A stretch of 64,000 nucleotides of DNA from Candidatus Methanomethylicia archaeon (GTDB taxonomy: Archaea; Thermoproteota; Methanomethylicia; Nezhaarchaeales; B40-G2): contig JAPDJI010000014.1 in the NCBI GenBank assembly GCA_029259155.1, positions 1 through 64,000 on the forward strand, in the 5' to 3' direction. This document shows positions 9,158 to 19,772 of this stretch, in pieces. Each line of letters starts with the position of its first letter. Positions within the stretch are counted from its first letter, which is position 1. The translations under genes and the position numbers were made by a program. The notes below the pieces were generated by a model. The model made no database searches and had not been told where the DNA came from. It worked only from the letters and a program-made list of their open reading frames with translations.

Positions 9158-11528
9158 GCTCCCTTGCCACTAGATAGACAGTATCGGCGGCTTCTTCCAC
9201 CTCTCTATCATGAGTAACGAGTATGAGTTGAGGCAGTATGCGAGGTCCCTCTCTAAAGAACTTCTTGAGCACCTCGACTAGCTCCCTTCGCCTCTCGTCG
9301 TCTAAGTGGACAGTGGGCTCATCGAGCATCATAAGCTCAAGCCTAGGTCCAGCCAGAGCTCTCGCAATGGCTAGCCTAAGCGCTATAGCTATGGCTACCC
9401 TTTCTCCGCCGCTTATAGTCTCAATAGGTTGTTCTCCTAGAGGACCTAGGACGGTAGGGTTGAAGTCCTCATCCAGTTTAAGGTCGCTATACTCTAGGTT
9501 AAACTTCTCAAGGTATTCCTTCGCGCATCTTTCTATAAGAGGTTTAGCCCTAGCCCTAATTACTCTTTGTAAACCATCTTTACTAAAGCATCTTCTAACC
9601 TTCTCCAATAACTCTACGAACCTTCTTCTCCTTTCAAGCTCAGCTCGCTTAGCTTCAAGCTCCTGCAGCTCCCCTTTAATCTCCTCGATGAGTTTTCTAA
9701 GGGTTTCAACCTCAGCTTTCCTCGAAGCTGCTTGGCTTTCGAGTAGAGTTAGTTTCCTTTCAGCCTCCTCAACCTCTCCCTTTAACCTATCATGTACAGC
9801 TGGGTTATAGCTAAGCCGATTTAGCTCTTCTTCGACCTGCCTTAACCTATCTTTTAAGGCATCTCGCTCAGCGCGCTTAACGCCTAATTTTCTCTCAAGC
9901 TCCCATTTATCGATGGAGGCTCGTATAACTCCTTGAGCTTCAAGGTAAGCTTCATAGAAAGGCTTGAGCTTCTCAACCTTTCTCTTAACCTCGTTAAGCT
10001 CCTCTAGGTCGCTCCTTAGACCCTTAACTTCATCCACGTACCTTTCCTTTTCCTGTCTAAGTCTCTCTAGTTCATTGTTCAATGACAAAGCTTCGTCGCT
10101 AAGCTCCTCTACCTCGGATAGGTCTATAGCCTCTACCTCTATGATCAGCCTTTCTACCTTTTTAACCTCCGCCTCTAACCTTTCTGCTTCGTGTTGGGCA
10201 ACCTTTACCTTATCCTTTAACTCCTCAGCCTCCTTCCTTAAGTTCAAGGTAATCCTAGAGAAGTGCTCGATTGTTAACTGTCTTCCGCAGATAGGGCATT
10301 GTTCTGGTGAGAGTGTAAGTTCCTCTAAGAGCCTCTCTACCTCTCCAAGCCTTCCTCCCAGCTTCTCTACCTCTCTCCTAGCCCTAACCCTCTCTTCCTC
10401 CAGGTGAGTTTTTGTACGTCTAAGCCTATTTAGAACCTCCCACTTTAAGGAAGGTAGGTCCTCCGAAGTAGCCTCCACGCCGAGGAGCCCTGAGTACTGT
10501 CTTAATTTATCGGTCAGCCTCCTCTGGACTGTCTTTAACCTGTCTTCGACACCCCTGATGCGCTCCTCGATCAAGTTAACCTGTCTCTCTAGGCCTTCCA
10601 GCTTAGCCGCCTTTACTTGAAGTTCCTCCAACTTAGCAGAGTTTTTCTGGTAAGCTTCATAACCTTCTCTTACCTCCTCTAAGCGTCGATAGGCTTGTTC
10701 CAGCTTTTTAAGCTCCTTTTCTATTCTCTCCACATCGAGGGAAGCCAGTGCAATATCTCCTCTCACTTTGAGCTTCTCTCTTTCTAACTCCTCAAACTTA
10801 GCCTTCTCCTCATCAAGCTTCTTTAAGATGGCTTTGAGGCCTTCCGACTTAACTTTTGCTTCCACTACTTTTCCTTCAAGCATTTTATAGTCGTTTTCAG
10901 CCTCCCCTACCTTCCTCTCCAACTCCTTCAGCTTACTTTGTGTTTCGTCCATCTTCTTTACTTCAGCTTCAAGCCACGCTAAGCGCGTACGCTGTACCTC
11001 TATGACCTCCCTCATCCTATCCCAAGCTTCCTCGAGGTCTTCGATACCCAGCAGCCTAGCCATCATTCGTTTACGTTCCGCTGGCTTAGCCTCCACTAAG
11101 CTCTCTATCTCTCCTTGCCTCACGTATACTGCTTGGAGGAAAAGGTCTCTATCTATCTCGAGGATTTTTTCTACTTCGGGTACTATGGCCTTCTCTCCGT
11201 CGGCTATCAACAGCTTCTTCTCTTCCCCATACAGCTCATAGAGCCTTCCCCTTGTCCTTTTACCCTTCTCTATATTCCATTCAATGAGGAATCGTCTACC
11301 GCCAGACGTGAATGTAAGCCTTACTGAAGCCTCCTTCTCCCCTCTATTAACCACGTACTCCTCTCTTCCTCTAGAGTGTACCTTAAAGAGGGAGTAGCTT
11401 ATGGCATCTAAGATGCTGGTCTTGCCTGCCCCATTAGGGCCAACTATGGCTGTTACACCGAGGTCAAAACTGAGCGAAGTGTTCCTATGTGATATGAAGT
11501 TTCTAAGCTCCACCTGATTTACGATCAA
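9108..11528 (-). CDS. rad50: Rad50 ATPase
   Basis: Walker A GPNGAGKT, Q-loop, coiled coils with CPIC zinc hook, ISGGE signature, LDEPT; TTG start at 11528 chosen. Confidence 0.95.
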   Translation of the reverse strand: MIVNQVELRNFISHRNTSLSFDLGVTAIVGPNGAGKTSILDAISYSLFKVHSRGREEYVVNRGEKEASVRLTFTSGGRRFLIEWNIEKGKRTRGRLYELYGEEKKLLIADGEKAIVPEVEKILEIDRDLFLQAVYVRQGEIESLVEAKPAERKRMMARLLGIEDLEEAWDRMREVIEVQRTRLAWLEAEVKKMDETQSKLKELERKVGEAENDYKMLEGKVVEAKVKSEGLKAILKKLDEEKAKFEELEREKLKVRGDIALASLDVERIEKELKKLEQAYRRLEEVREGYEAYQKNSAKLEELQVKAAKLEGLERQVNLIEERIRGVEDRLKTVQRRLTDKLRQYSGLLGVEATSEDLPSLKWEVLNRLRRTKTHLEEERVRARREVEKLGGRLGEVERLLEELTLSPEQCPICGRQLTIEHFSRITLNLRKEAEELKDKVKVAQHEAERLEAEVKKVERLIIEVEAIDLSEVEELSDEALSLNNELERLRQEKERYVDEVKGLRSDLEELNEVKRKVEKLKPFYEAYLEAQGVIRASIDKWELERKLGVKRAERDALKDRLRQVEEELNRLSYNPAVHDRLKGEVEEAERKLTLLESQAASRKAEVETLRKLIEEIKGELQELEAKRAELERRRRFVELLEKVRRCFSKDGLQRVIRARAKPLIERCAKEYLEKFNLEYSDLKLDEDFNPTVLGPLGEQPIETISGGERVAIAIALRLAIARALAGPRLELMMLDEPTVHLDDERRRELVEVLKKFFREGPRILPQLILVTHDREVEEAADTVYLVARERGYSRVKSEEAYPTAM

Positions 11529-12678
11529 GCCACCCACCTTTCAGGTAGAACTCCTCCACTAGCTTCCTTGCCTCCTCCACTCCTTCACTACCGGTCTTCA
11601 AGAGCTTAAAGAGTTCATAAGCGAAGTAAGCCAGCTCCTCATCTCCGTTGAAGGCCTCCTTAAATAAGCTGATCCAGTCAAGCCCCTCCTTAGCCTTTAT
11701 TTTTTCAGGCTCGGCCTTTTCTACCACTTCAGGCCTCCAAGTCAGGAGGTAAGGAGCTAGCTTAGACTGAACGGTTTCGAAAAGCCTACGCCTATCTATC
11801 CTTAAGCCTTCAACGTAGAGGTGAAGTATCGGTTTTTTCGTTAAAGCCTTTACCTTCTCCTCTACTCTATTAAGCTCCTCCATAAGCTTGGAGACGTCTA
11901 CTTTTACTTCAAGCTGAGGTCTAATACGGGTTAGGCTCACGGGGTGCAAGTAGGGTTGATCGCCACTCAGATCCACAATGAAGAAACCTTTACCTGTCTT
12001 CTTCCACTCCTCCACTTCATCCCTCCTCGTAATCTCCAAGGAGCCAGCATAGGCTACCAGCGTGTTCCCTCTCCACGCTTTTTCGCGTCGATGTAAGTGC
12101 CCCAAGGCGATGTAACTAAAGGATGGAGGCAGCTCATCGAAAGACAGCTCGTACTCAAAAGGTAGAAATTTGTTGATGGATTGGTGAAGGGCTAAAACGC
12201 TTTTACCGTAGCCTTCAGCTGACTTGGCTAGTCGACGTAGCTTCTCCTTTAAGCCTTCCTTATACCTCTTAGGTATGTGGTGAACCCCTCCTATGAAGAC
12301 TTCTACACCTTCAGACCTCACTACATCGTGATCCTTAGTTAGGCCTAAAGCCGTAAGGTACTCGGTAAAGAGGCTATGAGGGGGCATTCCCCTCCTCTTG
12401 GGAAGATCGTGGTCCCCTAGGACTGCATATACCTTTACTCCACGGTCACGAAGCTTGGAAAGCTGTTCTTTAGCCACGTATAACGCTTTTACTGGTGGTC
12501 GAGGGGCCTCGAAGAAATCTCCTGTATGTATTAAGACATCTACGTGTTCTCGAAGAATTTCCCCTACGGCCTCCTCAAAGACCTCATAAAAATCCTGCTC
12601 CCTCTCGTCCATGTTGTACTGACGATAACCTAGATGCGTATCAGATAGGTGAGCGAGTAACACTTTAGGTTTCACCAC
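11503..12678 (-). CDS. mre11: Mre11 nuclease
   Basis: SDTHLG, HTGD, GDHD, ALGHLH phosphoesterase motifs; operon context. Confidence 0.95.
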   Translation of the reverse strand: MVKPKVLLAHLSDTHLGYRQYNMDEREQDFYEVFEEAVGEILREHVDVLIHTGDFFEAPRPPVKALYVAKEQLSKLRDRGVKVYAVLGDHDLPKRRGMPPHSLFTEYLTALGLTKDHDVVRSEGVEVFIGGVHHIPKRYKEGLKEKLRRLAKSAEGYGKSVLALHQSINKFLPFEYELSFDELPPSFSYIALGHLHRREKAWRGNTLVAYAGSLEITRRDEVEEWKKTGKGFFIVDLSGDQPYLHPVSLTRIRPQLEVKVDVSKLMEELNRVEEKVKALTKKPILHLYVEGLRIDRRRLFETVQSKLAPYLLTWRPEVVEKAEPEKIKAKEGLDWISLFKEAFNGDEELAYFAYELFKLLKTGSEGVEEARKLVEEFYLKGGWLDRKSGGA

Positions 12679-12679
12679 G

Positions 12680-14179
12680 TTAGGAAGGATACTCTATTAG
12701 ACCCTTAAACTCCTCTAGGTCTTCTTCTAATTTCCTAGACCACTCCTCGACCACGTTGATGTCTCCGCCTACAGGCTTGGATGGATAGAGGTCTATCTTA
12801 ACGAGGGCTGGAGCCTTAACCATCATTCCAAGCACCACGGCTTCCCCTACATTAAGGGATGGAAGCTGGGCTATGAGATCGTCGCTTAAAGCTTCGCTCG
12901 CTTGCTGTACGTGGCGTTGATCGGTGGGCTCTACGATTCTCAGCACTATCATATTATTGGCCTGGGACAGTGCATCAGGGTCTAAGGCTTTCGGTCTTTG
13001 ACTAACAAGGCATAGCCCCACCCCAAACTTTCGTCCTTCCCTGGCTATGCGGCTTACCCAGTACTTCGATAAGGTCTCACGATATGCTGGGGCAAGTATA
13101 TGTGCTTCCTCAAGCACCATGAATAAGGGCTGTTTAAGCCTCCCTTTACCTTCCAGGACCTGTTTCTTACGTTCACTTAATACCCTCCTCAAGGTGTGGC
13201 TAACTATCACGTCTGCGGCTTCCTCGTCTACATGTCCAAGGTCAACTACGTTGGCTGCTCTAGGCTTAAGCCTAGAGATTACATCTTCTGCTGTTGAGTC
13301 GATGACGCCCTCGTACCTATCCTTGAACGCCTCCATCTTATTTATGATGGAGGCGATAACGCTTCTTTCCCGTGAAGGTAGTTTGGCGTCTTCTAAGCTT
13401 TCTAGATATTTCTCCATGTGTTCCACGAAACTGCCAGGCTCCATGGACGCTCTCTTTAAAGCTTCCTTGTAAGCTTTCCTAAAGTACCTTTCCTGGACGT
13501 GGTAGTGTGCTTCAACCCTCATTAACTGCATGAGCTCCGAGGCTGTCATGAAGGATGGGTTGACTACAGCCTTTAATACGTTGATCGGCCCTCCCAGCCT
13601 AGACTTAACATATTCGGAATGCATATCAAAAATGACCACTGTACCCCCTAGCCTAACTACACGGTCAACTATCACTGCTACAGCGTTGGATTTCCCTGCC
13701 CCGGTCATGGCTAGTATGGCGAGGTGCCTAGTAACCATGCAGTTTACGTCTACGTGAACGGGAACCTCAGGGTGGGAGATGAGATTGCCAATCTTGACGG
13801 AGCTAGCGCCTTCATGGCTAAAAACCTTCACGAGGACTTCCGTGCTGGCTACCTTAACCTCAGCTCCCGGCTGAGGAGGAGACCTAGGCATGTTAAGATT
13901 TTCTATGTCGCCTAGCACCTTCACCTTACCCTTAACGTAGATGTCCCTCGCATCGCCTAGCTTCTTTACTCTCTCTACGACTCTAGGATCATGGATATCC
14001 ATGCTTAATGATACACTTCCGCTTATCAAAGCTTGTACCATTCCAAGCACGTCGCCTTCTTCATGCTCCACCAGTACGTACTGCCCTAGTTTAGGTGGCT
14101 TTATGGAGAGGAAGGTGGCTTCAAAGGGGGTGGCTTCACCTATGATGTAGCCTATGACCTCAGCCATAGGTCTCCACAC
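12680..14179 (-). CDS. herA: HerA DNA translocase
   Basis: N-terminal HAS barrel, RHLAILAMTGAGKS, EEAH, REGRKFG, SQRP. Confidence 0.95.
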   Translation of the reverse strand: MWRPMAEVIGYIIGEATPFEATFLSIKPPKLGQYVLVEHEEGDVLGMVQALISGSVSLSMDIHDPRVVERVKKLGDARDIYVKGKVKVLGDIENLNMPRSPPQPGAEVKVASTEVLVKVFSHEGASSVKIGNLISHPEVPVHVDVNCMVTRHLAILAMTGAGKSNAVAVIVDRVVRLGGTVVIFDMHSEYVKSRLGGPINVLKAVVNPSFMTASELMQLMRVEAHYHVQERYFRKAYKEALKRASMEPGSFVEHMEKYLESLEDAKLPSRERSVIASIINKMEAFKDRYEGVIDSTAEDVISRLKPRAANVVDLGHVDEEAADVIVSHTLRRVLSERKKQVLEGKGRLKQPLFMVLEEAHILAPAYRETLSKYWVSRIAREGRKFGVGLCLVSQRPKALDPDALSQANNMIVLRIVEPTDQRHVQQASEALSDDLIAQLPSLNVGEAVVLGMMVKAPALVKIDLYPSKPVGGDINVVEEWSRKLEEDLEEFKGLIEYPS

Positions 14180-15218
14180 CTTCTACTCTGTGAACCCCAA
14201 GCATCTTAACTACCTTCTCGATCTCGGCACCTTCCACCTCTACATCCACGTGCGCTTTCCCTAGTGGGTATGGATAGCCAGCTACGGAGTATATAGCTAG
14301 ATGGTTTAAGAGGTTCTCCACCTCTTCCTCTCCAAGCTTTCTAGGTACCTCAAACCTCAATACAGGTCCTCCATCCTCTAACCTAGCGTAGAAGAGGGTC
14401 AAACGTAGGGATTTGAAGAAGGCTCCATCAACAGGGAGCCGCCTCTTAACCTTCTCCCCCACCATCACCTCTAAAGGCTTAGAATACCCTGAAGTCTTAG
14501 AGGCGTGTTCAAAAATCGCTAAGTCTGGCTTAAACGAGCTGAAGTAATCTATGCCTCTACTTGTCTTCGATATGAAGATAAGCTTATCCCTATGTAAGCT
14601 CAGCAACCTCTTATAAAGGAGCAGCTTCTCCACCCCTTCAAGGTAACTTGAAGCCCTACCGGCCTCTCCTCCATAGGTCTCCTTCAGCTCTTCCCAAAGC
14701 CTCTTAGAAAGTATGTTGGCCTCCCATGGATTCATAGCCTCCAACCTCTTGACGAACTCGTCTATCCCTTGAAGCCCTCTTCTTCGTTCAGCATAGAGAG
14801 GTTTAATGAGGGAGCTTATGAGAGAGCCATCAAGCAAAGCTAGATTCACGTTCCGCCGCTCTAAGGCTTGAAGCGCCGCCTTAACCTCTAGGATCTCCCC
14901 GTAGGTCCTCACCCTCTCCTCTACGAACCGGTAAGGAGAAAGTATGTCTATCTCGCACAGCTTAACAGGCTCTTCAGCCTCAGCCCCTTTATAGATTACA
15001 GCCTCAGCATCCACCACGTATACCACGAACCCTCTATACTCCTCGAAGTTTCTTCCTCCATCGACTCCGCATACCTTAAGCTCTATGGAGTCCTCCGCCT
15101 TAGCCCTATAGCTCCTCCACTTCTTTAGGACATCCTCCTTCCTCACCCACTCCTTAAAGGCCTTAGCTCGAAGCTCCTCTGCCCTTGATAAGGCTTCATC
15201 GTAGACCTCGTAGAGCAA
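14160..15218 (-). CDS. nurA: NurA nuclease
   Basis: GVDGG, LLDGSL, ISKTS, GYPYPL..AH. Confidence 0.92.
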   Translation of the reverse strand: MLYEVYDEALSRAEELRAKAFKEWVRKEDVLKKWRSYRAKAEDSIELKVCGVDGGRNFEEYRGFVVYVVDAEAVIYKGAEAEEPVKLCEIDILSPYRFVEERVRTYGEILEVKAALQALERRNVNLALLDGSLISSLIKPLYAERRRGLQGIDEFVKRLEAMNPWEANILSKRLWEELKETYGGEAGRASSYLEGVEKLLLYKRLLSLHRDKLIFISKTSRGIDYFSSFKPDLAIFEHASKTSGYSKPLEVMVGEKVKRRLPVDGAFFKSLRLTLFYARLEDGGPVLRFEVPRKLGEEEVENLLNHLAIYSVAGYPYPLGKAHVDVEVEGAEIEKVVKMLGVHRVEGVETYG

Positions 15219-15378
15219 CCTACCTACACCTTAAAACCCTGCGTCTAATAATATAACCTCTCTTTTAAGCGCCATATATTTCCCTTAAGCCTGGACTTCA
15301 ACCTTCACTATCTGCATAAATAAGTTGACGTTTACTGCTATGTATTCCACGTAGCCTAGACGCCGAGGGATGAAGCTT

Positions 15379-16146
15379 TCATGTTAAGGTAAACGTGGAG
15401 TGGTCTAGCGCTATTTTCACCCAGCTTAGCTCCTCAACGGCTCTTTCCAGTTCTTTGAAGCGCCCAGCATAGTGAGCTATGTGAGTTAAGACAGCTATGG
15501 TAGGCTCTGTCTTACGTACAAGCTCTAAGGCTAGGCTTAGGTTATTGTGGTTGACGTAGTCCTCTCTAAGACCATAGGTCGCGTCCACCAGCATTACTTG
15601 AACCTTAGCCTCTCTAAGCCTCTTTAAACTATCTTCAGGTAGGTTCACTGTGTCCAGTAGGTAAGCCACAGCGTTCTCTATAATGAAACCTAAAGTGGGT
15701 ACGCTGTGGTTAAGCGGGATGGGAGTTATGGCTACAGGGACCTTAAAGGTTTTGAAGGCTTCCACCGTATTGAACTCCACTACGTCTCGATTCTTAGCTG
15801 CGAAAGGCCATACATAGTATGAGTTAAGGACATGGTTGGAGCAGTATACATTCACCTTGGTGGACGACCATTTCAGTAGGTTTAATCCAGCTAGGTGATC
15901 GACGTGTTCATGGCTAAGTAGCAGGGTCTTCACCTCCTTCTCTCCAGCCTCTACTACTGCTTCAGGAGACCCTACGTCTATTAGCAGCCTGCTTCCATCG
16001 AGCTCTACGAGGACGCAGGCGCAGCGCCTCCTCAACCTATGCTCCCTCCTGGCTTCTTCGCAAGCTTCACAGTGACAGTTAAACGCAGGAGTCATCTCAG
16101 CAGCTCCACTACCAAGGATTTCTACGCGTCCCGGCATGTTCTCCAC
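15379..16146 (-). CDS. PhnP-like metallo-beta-lactamase-fold phosphodiesterase
   Basis: LGSG..P...CHCEAC, SHEHVDH, THIAH. Confidence 0.8.
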   Translation of the reverse strand: MENMPGRVEILGSGAAEMTPAFNCHCEACEEARREHRLRRRCACVLVELDGSRLLIDVGSPEAVVEAGEKEVKTLLLSHEHVDHLAGLNLLKWSSTKVNVYCSNHVLNSYYVWPFAAKNRDVVEFNTVEAFKTFKVPVAITPIPLNHSVPTLGFIIENAVAYLLDTVNLPEDSLKRLREAKVQVMLVDATYGLREDYVNHNNLSLALELVRKTEPTIAVLTHIAHYAGRFKELERAVEELSWVKIALDHSTFTLT

Positions 16147-16218
16147 CTTTTAAATCAGGTCCTAGGGTTTAAAGCGGAGTGCGCAACGCATATTACCGGT
16201 GGCTCGCTTAAAGCCTTA

Positions 16219-16566
16219 ATGATGCCCCTTCCCTCAGACCTTCTCGAGAAAGCTCGTACACTTAGGTCTCAAGGTCTAAACTATGCCGAGATCTCCAGAA
16301 GGCTCGAAGTTCCTAAGACCACTATTTACTATGCTCTTAACCCTGACCGTAGAAGGGCTCATGCAGCTAGGTGGAGAGCTAGGATTAGGGGAGTAGAGAT
16401 AGGTGTGGAGGCTAGGAGGTATAGGAGGCTCACTGACGAAGATATAAGGTCTATACTTGAACTTAACTCTAAAGGAGAAAGCATATCATCCATCGCTAGG
16501 AAGGTGGGACGTTCAACTTCGCTGGTGTACTATGTGTTGAGGAAGTTTAAAGTCCCCTCCTCTTAG
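16219..16566 (+). CDS. Double helix-turn-helix DNA-binding protein
   Basis: GLNYAEISRRLEVPKTTIYY and GESISSIARKVGRSTSLVYY; start moved to ATG 16219. Confidence 0.75.
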   Translation: MMPLPSDLLEKARTLRSQGLNYAEISRRLEVPKTTIYYALNPDRRRAHAARWRARIRGVEIGVEARRYRRLTDEDIRSILELNSKGESISSIARKVGRSTSLVYYVLRKFKVPSS

Positions 16567-16582
16567 ATATTAGGGGCTTAGC

Positions 16583-17542
16583 TTGGCTAAGCTTCATGAA
16601 AATTTCAGCTTTACCTTTCTTTCTCCACAGCCGTTTAACTTTCACCTTACAGCATCTGCCTATAACTTCAACTGGTTTTACAATGGCCAAAGCCTCTACC
16701 TCCCCCTCTCCAGAAAACCTGATGTAGTAGCCAAGATAGAGCCGGTGGATAAAGAACTGGTGGTCAAGGTTTTCTCGAAGGTTTCTATGAGTAAAGATGA
16801 AGTTGAGGATAAGGTGGTCTTCGCTTTAGGCTTACAGGAAGAATTATCAAGCTTCTACGAGATTGCTTTCAATGACCCTCTTCTACGCTACGTCCCTCTT
16901 AAGCTTAAAGGGATGCATTTAAGATGTTGCTCTCCATGGCTTGCTCTCCTCATAGCGCTATGTCAGCAGAATGCTAGTTTTAGACAGGGATGGTCGATGG
17001 TATATCATGTATTGGAGCTGTTAGGTTTAAGAGTGGAAGTTGATGGGCGTATAGTCCCTTTACCCCCTACCCCTATGGAGGTGGTTGAGGCTGGACTTAA
17101 GCAACTTAAAGCAGCTAGGCTGGGGTATAGGGTTGAGACTTTGTTTATGGCGGCCAACTGGTTGATGGATTATCTTAGAGGAGAGGAACCTGATGAAGCC
17201 TCTATTCTTGCTTTAAAGGAACAAGTTAAGGGTATAGGTACCTATACATTGAGGGTTGCGTTGCTATTTGGAGCGAGGAGGTATGAGGAGCCACCTGTTG
17301 ATAGATGGCTAGTTAAGGTGGTCTCGGAGGCTTATGGTCAAAGCCTTAAAGGTCTAAGCGAAGCGGAAGCCTTCATAAAGCAACGGTGGCATGAATGGGG
17401 TGGGCTTTTCGCTTTCTTTACTACAATAGTAACTGACGCGGAGCCAGGGCTTAAAGCGATTAAAAGAGTGAGAGAAGGTTTTCTTGAGCCTAAGTTTGAC
17501 TTTAGCCAGCTTACCCCCATGACTATGTGGAGGCTCCTCTAA
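16583..17542 (+). CDS. HhH-GPD DNA glycosylase (AlkA/OGG-like)
   Basis: LCQQNAS, RLGYR, VKGIGTYT HhH, PPVDRW. Confidence 0.8.
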   Translation: MAKLHENFSFTFLSPQPFNFHLTASAYNFNWFYNGQSLYLPLSRKPDVVAKIEPVDKELVVKVFSKVSMSKDEVEDKVVFALGLQEELSSFYEIAFNDPLLRYVPLKLKGMHLRCCSPWLALLIALCQQNASFRQGWSMVYHVLELLGLRVEVDGRIVPLPPTPMEVVEAGLKQLKAARLGYRVETLFMAANWLMDYLRGEEPDEASILALKEQVKGIGTYTLRVALLFGARRYEEPPVDRWLVKVVSEAYGQSLKGLSEAEAFIKQRWHEWGGLFAFFTTIVTDAEPGLKAIKRVREGFLEPKFDFSQLTPMTMWRLL

Positions 17543-18147
17543 TGCGCCTTACCTACGAACCTCCCTTGATAAATCCTGGCGGCTATAGATAGTGCTAACG
17601 CCACTACCGCCATCATGAAGTACTCGGTAATGTTAGCCTTTAAAGGCACTGATATCACAACTGCTCCGCCACCCTGCGGCATCCTCATCCGGATTAGGCC
17701 TTCTCCCACCAAAAAGGGAGCTTTATGTTCCAGTATCTGTAACCCTTCAGGTAGGCCTCCGGTGAAGGTATTAACTAAGGTGTTAAACATGGGTCCTAGC
17801 GCGACATAAAGCAGTACTGCTACGACAACTAGGCCTATTAGCTCCCACGTTATCTTAGAGAGTCCGAAGGACACTAAGCTCTTAGACCATTTCTTATCGG
17901 TGAGAGAGCCTAGGATCATAAGCCCAGCACCGACGATCACTGCCAGCCAAGCTCCTAGGGTCAGGTAGTCGATTATGGGTGGTAGTATATTGATGTTCGT
18001 GATGTTAAAGGTGACTTTGAAGGGAGAGGCGTTGAGGATGGCTATGTCTCCTATGTTCACTGTCCACCAAGCAGCCTCCCTAAAGTATGCTAGGATGAAT
18101 AGAGAGGCTGCAGCGGCTAAGCCTAAAGGATTAACTCGGACCGTCAT
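17539..18147 (-). CDS. Hypothetical membrane protein
   Basis: About 4 hydrophobic segments; 4-nt overlap with the upstream gene. Confidence 0.65.
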   Translation of the reverse strand: MTVRVNPLGLAAAASLFILAYFREAAWWTVNIGDIAILNASPFKVTFNITNINILPPIIDYLTLGAWLAVIVGAGLMILGSLTDKKWSKSLVSFGLSKITWELIGLVVVAVLLYVALGPMFNTLVNTFTGGLPEGLQILEHKAPFLVGEGLIRMRMPQGGGAVVISVPLKANITEYFMMAVVALALSIAARIYQGRFVGKAH

Positions 18148-18731
18148 AGGCTAACCTCCTCCTCATAATAAATAGGTACCTCTCCCATCTCTCCTTCCAA
18201 CTCCATCGAGATGTTGGCAGCTCTAATTCTTATGACGGCGTCCTCCATTCTGGCCGTGCAGCTAACTGTTACTAGGGCGGTGTTCGGTCCAGTAGGGGTT
18301 ATCGTGAGATGATAGGCTTGGATGTGCGCCATGCCCTCCTGGCTAATGGAAAGATCTATATAAGCCTCTGCTGTGTCCCCTGGCTCTACGCTGACTGGTT
18401 GCCGTAGATGTCCCTCACCAAGAAGGTTTCCATGGCCTAGAGAGGCACATACGAGGTTAAAGCTTACGTCTTCAAGGGTTAAGGTGTATGGAAGAGGATT
18501 ATGGATGGACAGAGTTATAACAGCTTGAAATACTCCTTCCTGTATATCGACGTCAACCACTTCGTAAGCTACGAAGCTGAGCTGAGGCATTTGAGGTATG
18601 AATACTTCTTCAAGGTTTCGGAGGGATGGTGTCACGTAGGCTTGCACATTATTTTGATACAAATACAAGCCATAGGCTAGGGGCCCGAGCGCTAATATTA
18701 TTGATAGCAGTGCAAGACCTACTCTCATCAA
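18144..18731 (-). CDS. Membrane-anchored beta-sandwich (LEA2-like) protein
   Basis: N-terminal TM, LSIHNPLPYTLTL and VSVEPG patterns. Confidence 0.55.
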   Translation of the reverse strand: MMRVGLALLSIILALGPLAYGLYLYQNNVQAYVTPSLRNLEEVFIPQMPQLSFVAYEVVDVDIQEGVFQAVITLSIHNPLPYTLTLEDVSFNLVCASLGHGNLLGEGHLRQPVSVEPGDTAEAYIDLSISQEGMAHIQAYHLTITPTGPNTALVTVSCTARMEDAVIRIRAANISMELEGEMGEVPIYYEEEVSL

Positions 18732-18733
18732 GC

Positions 18734-19672
18734 TTAGCCACCTTTCAAGACCAGCTTCGTGCCCACGGAGCTTAATTTAAATACTTTAGGCATGGCTAAG
18801 GCTATCTTCAAGGTCGCCTGAAAACCTGTACAGTGCATGGGCATTATTAGCTCAGGGCTAAGTTTTCGCAGCTCCTCCAAGGTCTTGTCCAGTATGCTCG
18901 CCTCAGCTCCTGATAGATGGAAGCCTCCAACGACTGCGTAGAGTTTATTCTCACCTGTTATTTCCATAGCGTGGCGGATGGTGTTGATAATGCCTGCGTG
19001 TGCACAGCCAGCAATAACTACGAGTCCTTTACCCTCTAAGTTAACTATTAAAGCTTGATCGTCAAGTATGGGGTCATCTTCATACAACCCATCTTTTACC
19101 CTCTTAGATACCTCCATGGGCTTCTCGAAGTCCGTGACGCGCTTTACTTCTCCACTAGTGAAGAGTCCTGGTGCTAGTGGAATAGGGTTCTTGGAGGCTA
19201 CGACTACTCCGCCAGCCTCCTCTATGTCTTTGGGTTTAAGCTGCCAGGGACCTATGGTGTCTCCATCAGGGAAGGTGAAAAGCCTCTCGTTGAAGGCGTC
19301 AGGATGTACGTAAACGGGGATAGGCCTACCTATACTCTTCAATACGTTTATTAGTGCGGCGTAGTGATCTCGATGCCCATGACTTAAGAAGAGCATATCT
19401 ATTGATTTTAAATTCACGCCTAGAAGCTCCAAGTTGCGTAACACTCCCTCCTCCGTATAGCCGAAATCCATCAACACCTTGCGCTTAAGCTCTCCTTTAC
19501 TCACCTCTACGAGCAGGGAAAGTCCATGTTCAGCTATCAGCTGTCTAGGCGACGATAAAGCCGATTTAACCCCCCACCTCTTAACGGGATCTTCATCCTT
19601 AAGGATGACGTCTACATAGTTGTCCATCACGACGGTCAGTTCCAAGTTATCAGCTTTTGAACGGTAAGCCAA
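18734..19672 (-). CDS. Metallo-beta-lactamase-fold protein of the family annotated as pterin/RFA-P synthase-like
   Basis: AEHGLS, SHGHRDH, DDQAL, GCAHAG, GGFHL, PMHCTG. Confidence 0.85.
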   Translation of the reverse strand: MAYRSKADNLELTVVMDNYVDVILKDEDPVKRWGVKSALSSPRQLIAEHGLSLLVEVSKGELKRKVLMDFGYTEEGVLRNLELLGVNLKSIDMLFLSHGHRDHYAALINVLKSIGRPIPVYVHPDAFNERLFTFPDGDTIGPWQLKPKDIEEAGGVVVASKNPIPLAPGLFTSGEVKRVTDFEKPMEVSKRVKDGLYEDDPILDDQALIVNLEGKGLVVIAGCAHAGIINTIRHAMEITGENKLYAVVGGFHLSGAEASILDKTLEELRKLSPELIMPMHCTGFQATLKIALAMPKVFKLSSVGTKLVLKGG

Positions 19673-19772
19673 TCCTGACCAACGCCTCCTTTCTTAACTG
19701 AATTAATAAAGTTTTTCCTAGGAAGTTAAGGTTTAAGCTAAGCTTATATGTAGAGGGAGAGGGTGATGCGTC

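Noticed and set aside
9238-11327. Ser/Leu-rich plus-strand ORFs
   Set aside because: Antisense of the Glu/Lys/Arg-rich Rad50 coiled coil
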